Of a stretch of 64,000 nucleotides of DNA, positions 1 through 12,899 are shown in pieces. The DNA is taken from assembly GCA_028534125.1 (NCBI GenBank), contig CM052816.1:77254001-77318000 (forward strand), written 5' to 3'. Each line of letters opens with the position of its first letter. Positions within the stretch are counted from its first letter, which is position 1. Made by a program: the position numbers and the translations under genes. The notes below the pieces were generated by a model that saw only the letters and a program-made list of their open reading frames with translations, was not told the origin of the DNA and made no database searches. Source of the stretch: Lama glama (lineage: Eukaryota).

Positions 1-1484
1 AAAATTCAGATGGTATTTTTCACAGAAATAGAACATACATTTCTAAAACTTGTAAGAAACCACAAAAGACCTCAAACAGAAAAAGCAATCCTGAGAAAGA
101 GGAACAAAGCTGAAGACATCATACTATCTAATTTTAAACTATATTACAAAGCTATCATAAGTAAAACAGTACAGTATTGGCATAAAAAACAGACACATAG
201 ATCAATGGAACAGAATAGAGAGCCCAGAAATAAACCTATGCCTATATAGGTTACTACAAGATATTTATGCTTTACACCAGAAATTGACTCAACATTGTAA
301 ACTGAGTATACTTCAATTTAAAAAAATTAAAAATAAACAAGTGGAGCTATATCAAACTAAAGAGCCTCTGCACAACAAAAGAAACAACAAAATGAAAACA
401 TAACCTACCAAATGGGGAAAAATTTTGTAAATCATATATCTGATAAAGTGTTAATATCCAAAATATATCCACTACTTACACAACTCAGTAGCAAAACAAA
501 CAAACAAACAAACAAAAAGCCAAAGTGACTAAAAATGGACAGAAAAGCTAAATATTTTCCCAAAGAAAACATACCAATGGCCAACAGGTACATGAAAATG
601 TGCTTAAGATCACGAACCATCAGGAAAATGCAAATCAGCGTAAAGAGATACCACCTCACCCTGTCAAATGGTAGTCACCAAAAAGACAAAAGATTACAAG
701 TGCTGGTGAGGATGTAGAGAAAAGGGAACCCTTGTGCACTATTGGTTTGAATGTCAATTGGTGCAGCCACTGTGGAAAACAGTGGAGGCTCCTCAAAATA
801 CTAAAAATAGAACTACCATATAATCCAGCAATACCACTTCTGGGTATATATCACAAGGAAATGAAATCACTGTCTTGAAAAGATATCTGCATCCCCATGT
901 TTGTTGCAGCATAGTTTATAGTAGCCAAGGCATGGAAACAACCTAAGTGTCCATTGATGGATGAATAGATTTAAAAATATAGTATATATATTATTCAGTC
1001 ATAAAAAAGGGAGGAAATTCCTGACAATTTGCAACAACATGGATGGATCTTGAGGGCATGATGCTAATGAAGTAATTCAGAGAGAATGACAAATGTATGA
1101 CTTCATTTACATGTGAAATCTATAAAAAAAACAAACTCACAGAAACAGAATAGATTTGTTGTTGCCAGAGGTGAGGAATGGGGTCAAAATGTGATCAAAA
1201 GGTACAAACTTCCTGTTATAAGATAAATAAGTTCTGGAGATGTAACATAGAGCACCTTGACCATAGTTAACAATTCTGTACTGCATATTTGGAGGTTGCT
1301 AAGAAAGTAGATCTTTAAAGCTCTCATCACAAGAAAAATAAATGTCATAACTATGTGAGGTGATTGATGTTAACTATTGTGGTGATCATTTAGCAATATG
1401 TTCATATATCAAATCACTATGTTGTACACCTTGGAGTAATACAATGCTATATGTCAATTATATCTCAGTAGAACTGGAAAAAAA
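1..1484 (+). mobile_element. Old L1 (L1MA/MB-like): ORF2 C-terminal region plus 3' UTR, degenerate
   Basis: ORF 10..249 (FFTEIEHTFLKLVRNHKRP...KLYYKAIISKTVQYWHK) is recognisable L1 ORF2p. The typical L1 3' UTR follows and ends in an A-run near 1484. Confidence 0.9.
245..328 (+). mobile_element. Very short younger L1 3' end with 5' inversion, nested in the old L1
   Basis: 245-265 is the exact reverse complement of L1 3' UTR sequence at 57971-57991. 265-328 matches the L1 terminus (cf. 58041-58100) and ends in an A-run. Confidence 0.75.
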
Positions 1485-1582
1485 TCATGAGGGCTTTTTG
1501 GTAGATGATTTGTTCATTCAAAATGTATTTTATTTAATTTTTTCCACCAGAAATTTAACGATAGGTGAAAATTCTCTCAAAC

Positions 1583-1769
1583 TTTTCTTTTTGAATTGAA
1601 GTAGAGTTGATTTACAGTGTGTGCCAGTTTCTAGTGTACAGCATAATGATTCGGTTGTACATATATATATATATATATACTCTTTTTCATATTCTTTTTC
1701 ATTATAGGTTATTACAAGCTATTGAATGAAGCTCCCTCTGCTATACAGTAGGACCTTGTTGTTTATCTA
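1583..1769 (-). mobile_element. 5'-truncated artiodactyl-type L1 3' end
   Basis: Reverse complement of the L1 terminus seen at 48504-48672. TSD-like flanks CTCAAACTTT (1576) / CTCAAAATTT (1771). Confidence 0.8.
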
Positions 1770-4049
1770 ACTCAAAATTTATTAAGCATCTACTTAAAGC
1801 AACTGCTAGATACACTCCAAAGTAGATTTTAGTTCTAAAATTGTCTGACATTGGCAGGTGTTACAAACTTTTTTCTATGTCTAAGTTCACTTGAGTTGTA
1901 ATTATTTGAGAGCCTCAGTGATTTTACAGATGCCATTTTCCTAAGAGGTTGAAAACTCATGCCTGGGCATATTGGAGGATCTCTGCTGTCTTTCCACCTG
2001 TGCAATTCCCACACAGTTGTGGCATGGGGTGTACCTTAGCCTTCCTGGCTGAGGTATCTTCTTGTCCTGTGGTTTCGCAGTTGTGTACGTTTTGGGAGAC
2101 GCCATCTCACTGATCTTACTGGAGTTAGGGCTGCTTTACCTTACCGTGACCACTGTTTCTCAGCCCTTCTGCCTAGGACTCAGGGGACATATGTCCCAGG
2201 CCCACAGTGCCACACCTATTGGGAGGATACAGTCTACTTCTATGCTTAACAAAGAGAGGCATTGTTTCAATTAAATATTTCCTACCAAATAAGGATTATA
2301 GTCTACACTGTGTCTTCCCAAGGGGCATTTTCCATGAAAGAAGGAACATTCTTTTAAAGAGACTGACAAAGGAATGCATCTCTTATTAACCATTGTGAGA
2401 ATAACTTACCTCTTGAATACAGCTGTCATATTTCTCTTGCGAAAGCACCAAATTTCTCATTATCATTATTCTGTCTAAAAACTGCCATCAGTCCCTATTG
2501 CCTGTAGAATTCAAGCTTGTTTATCTACTTTTTTGTTTGCTTGTTTTTTAGGAAAGCTTATTCTCTGTCCCTATCTTACCTCTTTATCATTGTTTCCCAT
2601 TGTTCCAGTTTGCGTGTTTTAACTCTGTTTCCAAATAAGCACATTTGTACCTCTGCAGGAGGTGAGAGGGCACGACTTAATTGACTACCTGCTCTGTGCA
2701 AGATGTTTTCACATTGCTTATCTGATTTTATAATTGAAGAAATTAGGGCTCAGAAAGGCTGCAAACATTGCCTCCCTCATAGATGAGAAAGCTGGCGTTG
2801 TTACTGGGGGCTGTTTCACTTCAAGCCCGTAACTGTTTTGCTTTAACACCCGCTTCTAGTCTAGGGGTGCCACATCCCAACCCGATAATCAGCAGGGTTG
2901 TTCTGGGGGTCATTCCTGGCAAACCATCCCAGACCTTCTCCTCCAGCCCTGCCAGTCACCTTTGTAAGCACCTAAATTTCTTTCTGCTTAAATAACTAGA
3001 GTGACTTCCATATCCTGACTGATACAGCCCATTATTGGAGAATGTGTTTACATCAACATTAACATCAAATAATTTTGGAGCATCAATTTCTTTTAGCTCT
3101 GCCTCTTCATTTTACAGATAGGGAAACTGAAGCCCAGAGAGGTGGAAGAGAATTGTCCAACATCGCATAGCTGGTTAATGACAAAGATCAAACCACATGT
3201 TTGCCCAGAAACAAGGGACCAAAATGGCAGACTGAAGAAGTGTTTTGGAAGGTTTTAACCCAGGTCCAAATTCTGATCAATACTCACTAGCTCTTTCTCT
3301 TTAGGAAGATCATTTCACCTCTCTGCGCTTCAATTTCCTCTTTTGTAAAATGAAATGATGATAACTTTTTGCACCATCATTGTGAATGTTGGGAGGTTTT
3401 ACGTGTAAAATGCCTAGGATCGTGTCTACCTCATAATATATACTCAATAAATGTCAGTTAAGTGCATTATTCTCTATTATCCGGAATTCGTAAAGCCGAA
3501 CTCCTCCACTTTGGGGACCAGTGGGAAAATGTCCAATAAAGACAATCATCCTTAAGTTCTCCCTCCTGCCTAACTCTGGGATACTCACCAGATACTATGA
3601 AAGCAAATCAGGTGTCCCACAGACTAAGGATAAAGAATATCAAATCTGATTCCAACAATTTATTTAGTTTTGGACACAGCAAAGGGTAAAAGGGTTTCTA
3701 ATCAAATAAAGGCATTGTGAAATTTATTATCACATTAGTAACTTTTGTTCTTCTCTGAATGTCATGGGGGAGGGGTGTTTGAGACTTTCTAGAATGGCAA
3801 AGGTCCTAAGTCACATGGAGCTGGAGGTGTTTCTAATGCAGATATTCTCAGTGCTGAAATGATCTCCCTGCCTGTTGCCTGGAGACAGCTTGGGGACTGT
3901 GTCTGCGCAGGGAGGTATGCGTGCGAGGGGTGGGGCATCCCAAAGAGGCATCTCTCTAGAAGGTAGCTGGTTACTGTATATGGCAGGGAATGTGTGAACA
4001 TGGCAAAGAATCTGGACTGAGATTCAGATGTTTTTTAATCTACTCTGGT

Positions 4050-4485
4050 AACACGCTCAGTTCTCAACAGAAAACAGTGCATTCCAGGCAGTAATCAAAG
4101 AGTATTAAAAGGGGGACTATTTGTAGAGGTGTCCGAAGGGATGGTGAAATACCAAGGGGCTAGTGACAGTGAGTGGCTGTTACTACTACAAGGCTTGAAG
4201 GGGCAAGAAGAGAAGGTGGCATTACTGGAATTTAGTAAGAGCTGTAATATGGGAGGGGAGCCATCTGATCGTGTGACCATCAGTAGAGGAGCAGGACCAG
4301 AACAGCAGAGACTGAGGTCAAAATGCCCTGACCTCTCTCTCTGTCACCCTCTTACCTCTTTCAAGTGGCTCCCATTGACTGAACCCAACAGGAGCCGCTG
4401 ATGCAGTCCTTACGGGCCAGCCTCCTAGGACGCAGAGTGGAGTGGGGAAGGGTGGAAATGGATTTGGAGAAGCAAATGGAAAATA
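4050..4485 (-). mobile_element. ERVL LTR, LTR33-like
   Basis: Recognisable LTR33-type motifs (cccattgactgaacccaac...gatgcagtcc...gggaagggtggaaatggatttgga). Boundaries approximate. Confidence 0.6.
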
Positions 4486-5413
4486 ACTCTGCCTGGCCAG
4501 TCTGTGAGTGCTGGGAAAGGCACAAGAACACCTTTTCTTCGGTTTTCCCTGCATTGTAAGAGCTATATGACTAATTCACACTTACTGATGGAAAAAAGTA
4601 TCCATTATATGCTTGAACCACATCATACAGAGATAATCGTTGGAAGGTTAAGCTCAATTCTCTCAAGGAGCTGAATTCTCTCAACTGGAAGGATGCTTCA
4701 CTTTAAAGTTGTAGAAAAATCCCCTGGGTTTGATGGTCTCGATAGTATTCTGTATATGTTGACGTTCTAAGGGGCCCAACACTCCAGTTTTTTGCTCAAC
4801 ATAGACATGAAAAGTGGGCAAATGGAGATTTTTTGAAAAGTCACGTTTAGTATTGATAAAGCTGATATTAGAAAGCAGTTTAATAGAAAGACCAAATGGA
4901 TTTCTTATGACTGTGCTGCAGGATACAACCTACCCACCCCATCAGGCAAGGCAGGGCAACTGCTATTCTTGCTAAACTCTTGAGCTGATGAACATACATG
5001 CTTCGTGCAAATGGAGAGACCTCAAAACAGGAGAGATACTAGCTGAGTCATCATCCTTAATTCCTTCTCCCAAATTCAGGGGGTTAAGTCTGTCCCCGTT
5101 CCCTGGTGGGAAGGGTTCTAACCACATCTAAGGCAACATAAAAACAGACCAATCAGACAAGCCTAGGGATTAACCACCCATCATTCCCTTTCTGATAGTA
5201 GCACCCAGAAGTGTCCTATGAGAGAAGGGGGGTCCAGCAGCCCTCAGGCTCTCAAGGAGCACGTTGGTACCCATACCCGACTTCCCGGAACCCTTGTTGG
5301 CCCTGTTGATACTTGTTTGTACAACTTCTTGGGGAAACGTTTCCCCTGTGGAGCATCTGTATCCCCACACTGTGGGGGAGAGAAGTAGGAGGACCAGGCT
5401 ACGTCCCTGCTTC

Positions 5414-5431
5414 TGCCCTCCAGGTGGCAGG
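5414..5431 (+). promoter_or_regulatory. Candidate CTCF site
   Basis: TGCCCTCCAGGTGGCAGG matches the CCASYAGRKGGCRS core with one tolerated mismatch. Confidence 0.45.
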
Positions 5432-5934
5432 AGCACCATCTGGAATGTTCTGCGCCTGGGGCAGCCCGAGGCCAAGCCAAAGATAACACTGTCCACGTGC
5501 AGGAACACGCTGTGCTTTCCTAGGTTCCCATGAAACCAAACCCCAGCAAAGGTCAACAGTGTTGTTAGGCTCTGGGTAGCTCACGTTCAGGGTATGAAGG
5601 ACAAAGATGAGGCCCCAGGACTTCCTTCTGTTGAGGACTCAAGAGCCCCTCCTAGGTCTCCTCTGATCCTTTGGTTCTTTCGAGCCCTGTTTACTCAGTG
5701 TCAGAAACTCTTGCGCAGCCTCACTCAAGTACCCAGGACGCGGCGCTGCTCCTGCTTCTCTGAGGAGAGGCATGAGGAGCTGCAAGGGCCCACGTGCAGG
5801 CCCAGGCCCCACTGACCCTCTTCTCCAGTGCCCCTCCCCCCCGACCCCTACTAAGGACAGTGCCACCGAACCACAGAAGCCTGCTTCGCACCCTGACTGT
5901 CAGAGACTAGAGCCAGGGATGCCACTGCCCATGT

Positions 5935-6826
5935 GATAGTTCTCCTGGATGTGTCAGCAAACACCCCCCACCTCCTTCCCAAGCCTGGTTCTTCTGCGTG
6001 GCTCCCCCCTCCATGAAGGCGTCCCCACCCAGCTAGATGTGCAAGCCAGAAAGCTAGGCATCACTCCTGCTGTCTCAGCCCGTGTCTAAGTCATTGCCAA
6101 CTCATTTCGATCTTGTCCCCTAATTACCTCTGGACTCCCCTTGACTACCCTCCCGGTCAGGGCGACCAGCATCTCTTGCACTAAGTATTCTGCCTGCGTT
6201 CCCTCCCTCTCACCTTCTCCAATTCAGCTCCACACTGCAGCTAGGGTGACTTTTTTTTTTTCTTGTTTAGAATGCAAATCTCATCATGTCCCTTTTCCAC
6301 TGGAAAACCTTTCAATAGCCTCCTCCTCTTCTGGGACAAAAATGAAGCCCCTCAAATGGCCCATGAGATCTTAATCTTACCTTGATGCACCTTCAGCCTC
6401 TTGTCTGGCCTTGGTCCCCTCAGCATCCGTCTGTAGTCCAGTCTCCCCGAGCACTGTTTCTCCTCCCACCAAAGGGCCGATGCGTCCATGCTCTCTCTGC
6501 CCGCCATACTCTGCCCTCTCCTGTGTGCAAGTTTCATGCTGTCTGACACTTCAGACCTCAGCTAGCAGACACTTCTCCAACTTTCTGGGATGAACCAAAT
6601 CTCCCCATTCTATCTTTTCATGGCACCAAGGCACGTACCCCTTCAGAGCACTTACCACTGTCACAATTTGACACTTACTTGCCAGTTGTTTTGTTAATAC
6701 TGTCTCCCCAACTAGAATGTAGCCCCCTGTGGGCAAGGACAACCTCTGTTTTCTGTCACAATGAATTGCATTCTCTGTGCCAGGCATAAAGATTAGCAGG
6801 GTGTCCATCACTGTTTGTTGAATGAA
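5935..6826 (+). mobile_element. L2 3' fragment
   Basis: Pyrimidine-rich L2 body ending in ctagaatgt...gggcaagga...tgtttgttgaatgaat, the L2 terminus. Confidence 0.7.
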
Positions 6827-7476
6827 TCACAAGGTTCTCCTCAAACATCCACTGGAGCAGGGCTCTGCCCGGGGAATGTGGCTCCCCCTCTAGGCTCTTC
6901 CCCTGCCACCCCCACAACTTGGCCTGGCTCCTCTGTTTATCCAGTTTCTGCCCCTGTGCAAGGCCTGTCCTCCACTCAGGTCCATGCCTCCCACGTAGGG
7001 TGGGTTCCAGTGCTAAGGAACCCATGGCAGAACCTGTGGCCGGATGTGCACCCGCAGGAGGTAACAGAGGATTTGCACAGGAGAGAAACCTTATGAATGC
7101 TGTGAAAGGGGTTGTGCCTTCAGTGTGAATTTTATTTTAATTGTATGTCACAGAAAACTATTAGGAAAAAACTCAGACATTCTATGCGGAAAAGGGTTGA
7201 GTGAAAATTTCCAGCTCATACCGTGTCTGAAAAGTGTATACAGAGAGAGACTATAAATGCTGAGACTGGGAACATAATGGTATCACCCTGTGAAATATAT
7301 GCAAAGGTGTGATCTCATGTTCACCCAAACGTATACACATCAATTGCTCTACTGAGTCAAATAAATGAAGGAAGCCTGAAAAAAAAAAATCACTGAAACT
7401 GTTCCACTAAGACCCCACTGACCACCCCAGAGTTATTTTATTGACTTAACTACTTCAGGAGGTTTCCTGCCCACGG

Positions 7477-7508
7477 CCCCCACCCCCAACCCCCAACCCC
7501 CAACCCCC
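7477..7508 (-). repeat. (TTGGGGG)n tract, potential G-quadruplex/i-motif
   Basis: Five C5 runs on the + strand separated by 1-2 nt A loops. Confidence 0.8.
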
Positions 7509-7952
7509 AACCAGCTGTCAGCATCACTTTCCTTCGGGGGAATTTGGCTGAGTTAACTGGCCTCTCCTGCCTCTTTCTCAGCCTCAGGCAGAGCACAGAA
7601 TGGAGGCCTGAATGTGAATCAGAAACTTTTAGTTTTCTCTGTTTCTCTCTGCCCTTCTCTCCTTTTCTTCCTCTCATTTCTCTTCCTTAACTCTTCAGCC
7701 AGCACCACTGCTAAGACATCTTTCCAGTCCAGAGGAAATTTGAAGCGTGCCCTCTGCTGAGCTGCTGGCTGTGAGGGACCAGGTCATCCTGACAGAGTGG
7801 TCCCCATACCCACACGCCAGGCGCACAGAACTGTGGGGACTTCCTCTGACACACACTGTTTGGCAGAGGGCTGTGTATTTGTGCCCTTAGGAATATGTAG
7901 GTCTCCTGTAGTGTATCATGTTCATAGCGTGTATCTGAGTGTGAATGTGCGA

Positions 7953-7954
7953 GC

Positions 7955-7989
<35 letters not shown>

Positions 7990-7997
7990 CGCGCATG
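7953..7997. repeat. Compound (TG)n(CG)n microsatellite
   Basis: Uninterrupted purine-pyrimidine alternation over 45 bp, including a (GC)7 block. Confidence 0.95.
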
Positions 7998-8129
7998 GGT
8001 GGATATGTGACTGGGGGAGGGGTCAGTCCCTATTTTCCATAGGCGCCTCTCCCTTCTCCAGCCGCGTGAGGTCTCTGTACGAGATCCTGCGGCAGATGGT
8101 GACCGTTTCTCCTGGGACAGCTGTGAGAA

Positions 8130-8531
8130 TGCACCTCAAAGACTTCCAAATACAGGGAGCAAAGCCGACCCCAGCTGCTGCCATCTGAGCCCCAGCTCTG
8201 CTTGCAGTAGGGTCACACGTCACACTGTCTTCAGGCCGGTCCTAGCCCATGGCTGTACACAGCGGGGATTCCGTGGCAGGCCCGTTCCTGGGTGACACAG
8301 GACTCCTCTGACAGCTGACTTTCACTCAAGGACTCCTCTGTAGCCTGCCAGGGCCACCTAAGATGCATCCACCCAACCTCATTCCTCTTTCTATTTGGGG
8401 TAGGTCCCACATTGACACTCCCAGCCACACCAGCTGCCCACACCTGGTCTGTCACAGGCATTTCCCCTGTTAAATCCTTGCGTGTTTAATCCCATCTCAG
8501 CAGCTGCTTCTTGGAGGCCCAGACTAACACA
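8130..8531 (+). mobile_element. ERVL LTR, LTR16A-like
   Basis: Ends in taaatccttgc...tcccatctcagc...ttcttggaggcccagactaacaca, typical of LTR16. Start approximate. Confidence 0.65.
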
Positions 8532-9524
8532 TCTTTTTTGCCCATCTCCTCTGGAAGAGCAGCGCAGTCAGTAGCAGCAAAGCCTTCCAACCATGCTCCT
8601 CTAGGCTGTGTACACCGAGAGATAAGAAAGGATGAAAAAGAACATGAAAAACTACACGTGGATAGCATATATGCATATGGGGGATCCACACACGGTGTGT
8701 ATTTCTTACAGAAATTAAACCACCCCTCAAGAGGAGTGAAGTAGCCCAATGTGCTGGGGTCCCTAGGCAGTCTTAGTCCTGCTGAATTTCTTCTCGACTT
8801 TGAGAAACATTTCCTAGAGCGACAAGTCCTTCAGGGTCTGCAGCAAGGTCAAAGCTTCACACATAAAGGCAGGACCACCTCGGCATTTAATCCCAGGCTC
8901 TGAATATTCTTGGTCTTGTGGCTCTTCCCCTTTGTAGGGTCAGAATCCAAAGAGGAATGCTTCATATTCCAAACAGAAGGGAGGAAACTAGTGAAAGAAT
9001 GAACAAAGCATCTGTTTTGAAGTGGGGTTGGCAAGGCTGTGCTGTAGAAGAGGAGGGTGAAGTTCATGGCTTCCCCAGTGTCTTTGGATCAAACCGTCCC
9101 TTCGAAAAATAGTGTCGTTTACATGTGTATGGCATTTTTCGGCCGCTTTATATTCACGCATGTGCATATACCTGAAGTCCTTTTAATCAAGGAAACGATC
9201 GATCTGTAATTCTAATCAGAAAGCATTTATTATTAAAACTAACTGCAGCATTTACTGAATACTTGCATTGCCACGCATTAGGTTAAGCACCTCACATGTG
9301 CTATTTCATTTAATTTTCAACTTACGGAAGAGAAAATTAGTGATGTGGCCCGATTCTGCACACTAAGGACATACTCTTATCCCCTCAGACATTTTTCCTA
9401 AGGAGATTTATTTTCAGTCATTGAATCAGGAGCCAGATCAACTCAGCATGAAGTTTTGAGAAGCAAACCACATGGGACACTTCTGGAAGAACCAAGGCAG
9501 GTCGAGTTTAAGAACTGACCCTGG

Positions 9525-9751
9525 TGGGAAGGGTGTAGCGCAAGGGGTAGAGCGCATGCTTTGCATGCATGAGGTCCTAGGTTCTATCCCCAGTATCTCC
9601 TCTAAAAATAAATAACCCTAATTACTTCTCCCCCCGCCACTGCCAAAACAAAATAATTAAATAATACAATAATAAATAAATAAAATATAAAAAATAAAAT
9701 GTTAAAAAAAAGAAGTTAAAAAAAATTTAAACTAATAAAATAAAATAAAAA
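9525..9751 (+). mobile_element. tRNA-Ala-derived camelid SINE (Vic-1 type), long-tail form
   Basis: tRNA-Ala-like head with A/B boxes, AT-rich tail, and a perfect 15-bp TSD AAGAACTGACCCTGG at 9510-9524 and 9752-9766. Confidence 0.9.
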
Positions 9752-11689
9752 AAGAACTGACCCTGGGTTACACAGCTAGTAATGGCAGAAGCAAGATTCT
9801 AATTCAAAACTTAAACTCCAAAGATTTCTGTCCCTTAGAACAGAAATAGTGAGCACTTTTAAGTGCCGGAAAAACAAGTAACAGATGGCACGATTAAAGA
9901 GATAGTTGGGTGATTCAGTAAGAGAAGTGACTGTAGATTTGAATCTTGGGTTCCAGTTTAGTAGTTAAATGACTTTGACAAACCAAGCTTTCTCTGGGGG
10001 AGGAAAAAAAAAAAAGCCTGTTTTTCTTAAAAGTACAAAAGGGCTAATGATATAGAAAAAAAGACTACTTTCTCTCAGAAGCAGTAGGAGAAATGACAAG
10101 CTGAATGAAACACTATCAATATTGTGTACAATGTAATTGCTTCAACCAAGCTGAAGGCATTTTAACATCCTTTGAGCGTAGGAAACATATTATCATGGCT
10201 GAGTTATGTTTTCCTCACTTCCTTATGGCCACAGAAATTCCAAGTTGCAAAATGAACTAACTTTAAAAAAAAAATCCTTTGAAAATTATTCACTCTTTTC
10301 CGCCTGTTTTCTCCCTGAGAAATATTTTTGAACAGTGTTTGCTAGCCCCTATTTATAGCTTTCCAGTTTTGGCAGGTATGGGAACGTTTATAAGTAGTTT
10401 GTTTTCTTTGCTATATCCAGTGTTGATTTAGGTTGCTTAAGCCACTGAAACAATTGGAAGCACTTTCAAGGAAGGTTGAAATCTGTTGACGACTGATAAC
10501 ATTGTAAAATCTAGATAGTCCAAATCAAGATTTCTTTGAGGGGCTCGGGACAGTGAGAAAAGAGCTCAGCAGTGCCGTGGTTTGAATAATCACCTATATT
10601 TCTCTTTTGATGGCTGTTGTGGAGGAAGTTTCTGCTTGGCAAAGGGAGAAAGAGCATCTCCTGGATATTTTTCCAGTTGTTGATAACTCTGGGTTGAACT
10701 CTAACAGCTAGACAAGCAAGTACGTGGCGGGCACTTCATATCTGAGGGCTGGCCTGTAAGGGACCTTCCTTAGGAACCTATGTCTAACATTTGAGTTTTA
10801 ACCAAGTTTTACATGCTGACCAGAAGCAAACATTAGTGGTTCTTTTGTTTAGGAGAGATGCCTGGAATTTCTGGGTTTTGTTTCATAAATGACTGAACTA
10901 AATAAATACATTTGAAAACCAGCAGAATTATAGGCATCTTCCCCTCCCATCTGGCATGTTTTTATGGGTGGTATGGTTGGGTGTTTTTTCTTCTTTCTGG
11001 ATTTTTCCACCCTTCCCCTCCCTATAATTTGTGGGCCTTGAGAAAAGTCATGGTTGGCCCTGTAAATGTAGAGGGAGAGCTTGTTTGGGGTCATCTCGCT
11101 TTCTTGTCGCCTGGTTCTTGTCTGTGGTACCCTAGGGAGGGGACCACAAGGGTTAAAGAGCCCCAACACAGAGAGATGGATTTTCAAGTTCAAACGCATC
11201 AGAGAAAACAGCAGTGTTTCTGAGATGAAGTGGCTCCTGGAAAGTCAGCCTCACTAGGGATAGGAGCAGAACATGGGGGCTGGCCGCCGCCTGTCTTCTG
11301 ATCCAGGAGCAGTGTGGAGCAGGTAGCGCCATTGGAGCTCATCAGGACACTTAGCAGAACACGAGGCCCTTGAATAGCTCTACCCACCAACCTGGGCTGC
11401 AGCAAAGGCCATTAATCCTCACGCTCATCTGGGAGGCAGAGCAGTCTCTCCAGTTTCACTTGAGTGAGGGAGTTCTCCCAGGTCAGGCAGTCAGGCTCAG
11501 TCAATTCTAGAAATAGATCCGGGGCAGCTCCAAACCCACCACCCACCTCCCTGCCCCACCTCCACACCTCCCCCTCAACCCATCTGTTTGTTTGCAGGTC
11601 GGTTCTTTCCTTTTCTTCTTTGGTCATCACTGTGATTCATGCCCCGTTCCTCTTTCTCAAATGCAGCCAGTACTTTAACAAAGTCCTTA

Positions 11690-12080
11690 AGCATTTTTAA
11701 TTTTGAAAAATTCAAATATATACAAAAGGAAAAAGAATAGTTAACTGAATCTTCCAGTGCCATCACCCAGAGTCAACAATTATTAAGAGGTTTGTCACAG
11801 TTGCTCCATTCCTTCACCACATTTCTCTTCTAAAGTTTTTTAAAGCAAATCCCAGTCTTCAGTCAGATCTCCCTCTCATATCGCCATACGAATCTCTAAA
11901 CATCGTAGATATTTTCATGTGTAGCCATGCCATTTTCCCACTCATGAAATTCCCTAATATCGTCTTTCATGCACTTACACACTCCCAGTTGTCCCAAGGA
12001 AGTCTGTTTACGATTGGATTGATTGAACAGTGATCCTATCAAGGGCCTCTCATTTAATTTGTTTGTTACATATCTTCCAT
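11690..12080 (-). mobile_element. Ancient L1 (L1ME-like) 3' UTR fragment
   Basis: Begins ttttaattttgaaaaattcaaatatatacaaaag, typical of antisense L1ME 3' ends. Confidence 0.55.
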
Positions 12081-12089
12081 TTGTTTGTT

Positions 12090-12290
12090 TATTTTTTATT
12101 GAAATATAGTTGATTTACATTGTTGTATTGGTTTCTGGTGTACAGCATAGTGATTCAGTTATACATATATATATCATTTTTCATATTCTTTTTCATTATA
12201 GGTTATTACAAGATATTGAATATATCCTGTTCCCTGTGCTATACAGTAGGGCCTTGTTGTTTATCCTTATTATATATAATAGTTTTTATT
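12090..12290 (-). mobile_element. 5'-truncated L1 3' end
   Basis: Reverse complement of the L1 terminus seen at 48490-48672. Confidence 0.85.
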
Positions 12291-12455
12291 TATCTTTTTT
12301 TTTTAATCTTCCCCATCACAAGTTTCTTGGAGGAACAAAGTCAGTTGTCCAGATGCTCATCTGTTTTCCCCACCATTACATAGATTGTTTGAGGACTGAA
12401 GGTTGGGAAACCTCTCCCACCAAAACTCTTATGGCAACCAATAAAGAGCATTAAG

Positions 12456-12559
12456 GTGGGGAGGGGTGTAGCTCAGTGGTATAGTGTGTGCTTAGTATGC
12501 AGGAGGTCCTGGGTTCAATCCCCAGTACCTCCACTAAAAACAAAATAAAATAATTTAAA
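12456..12559 (+). mobile_element. tRNA-Ala-derived camelid SINE (Vic-1 type), short form
   Basis: ggtgtagctcagtgg...ggttcaatcccc head, A-rich tail, imperfect TSD AAAGAGCATTAAG / AAAAAGCAGTAAG. Confidence 0.85.
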
Positions 12560-12899
12560 AAAAAGCAGTAAGTGTCCAAAAGAAAGATATTACTGTGTAG
12601 ATGATGTGTAGGTGATGAGCTATATCCAAAAAGTAAGAGAGAATTTCCTTAGCTGTTGAAATGGGTTAGTAAGATGGGTTATCTCGTCATCCCTTTGCTG
12701 TGGTTTAGGCGTAGTTCTTTTCTAGAGATGTAAAGTGAAATAGCAGGACAAGAACGCATTTTCGAGGCACTCAGTGGAAACAGGAAGGAAGCGCACTGCA
12801 GCACAAGTGTCTGGGCTGCACTGTGTGAAGCCCGGCTGGCTTTTTTTCCTCTCCTCGTCAATTCCCCCATCCCCTGTTGTCTATTTGTTCTATCACTGA

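Noticed and set aside
12458..12533. tRNA-Ala gene
   Set aside because: Stem and anticodon substitutions, an A-rich tail and a TSD identify it as a SINE. The same applies to 9525-9600.
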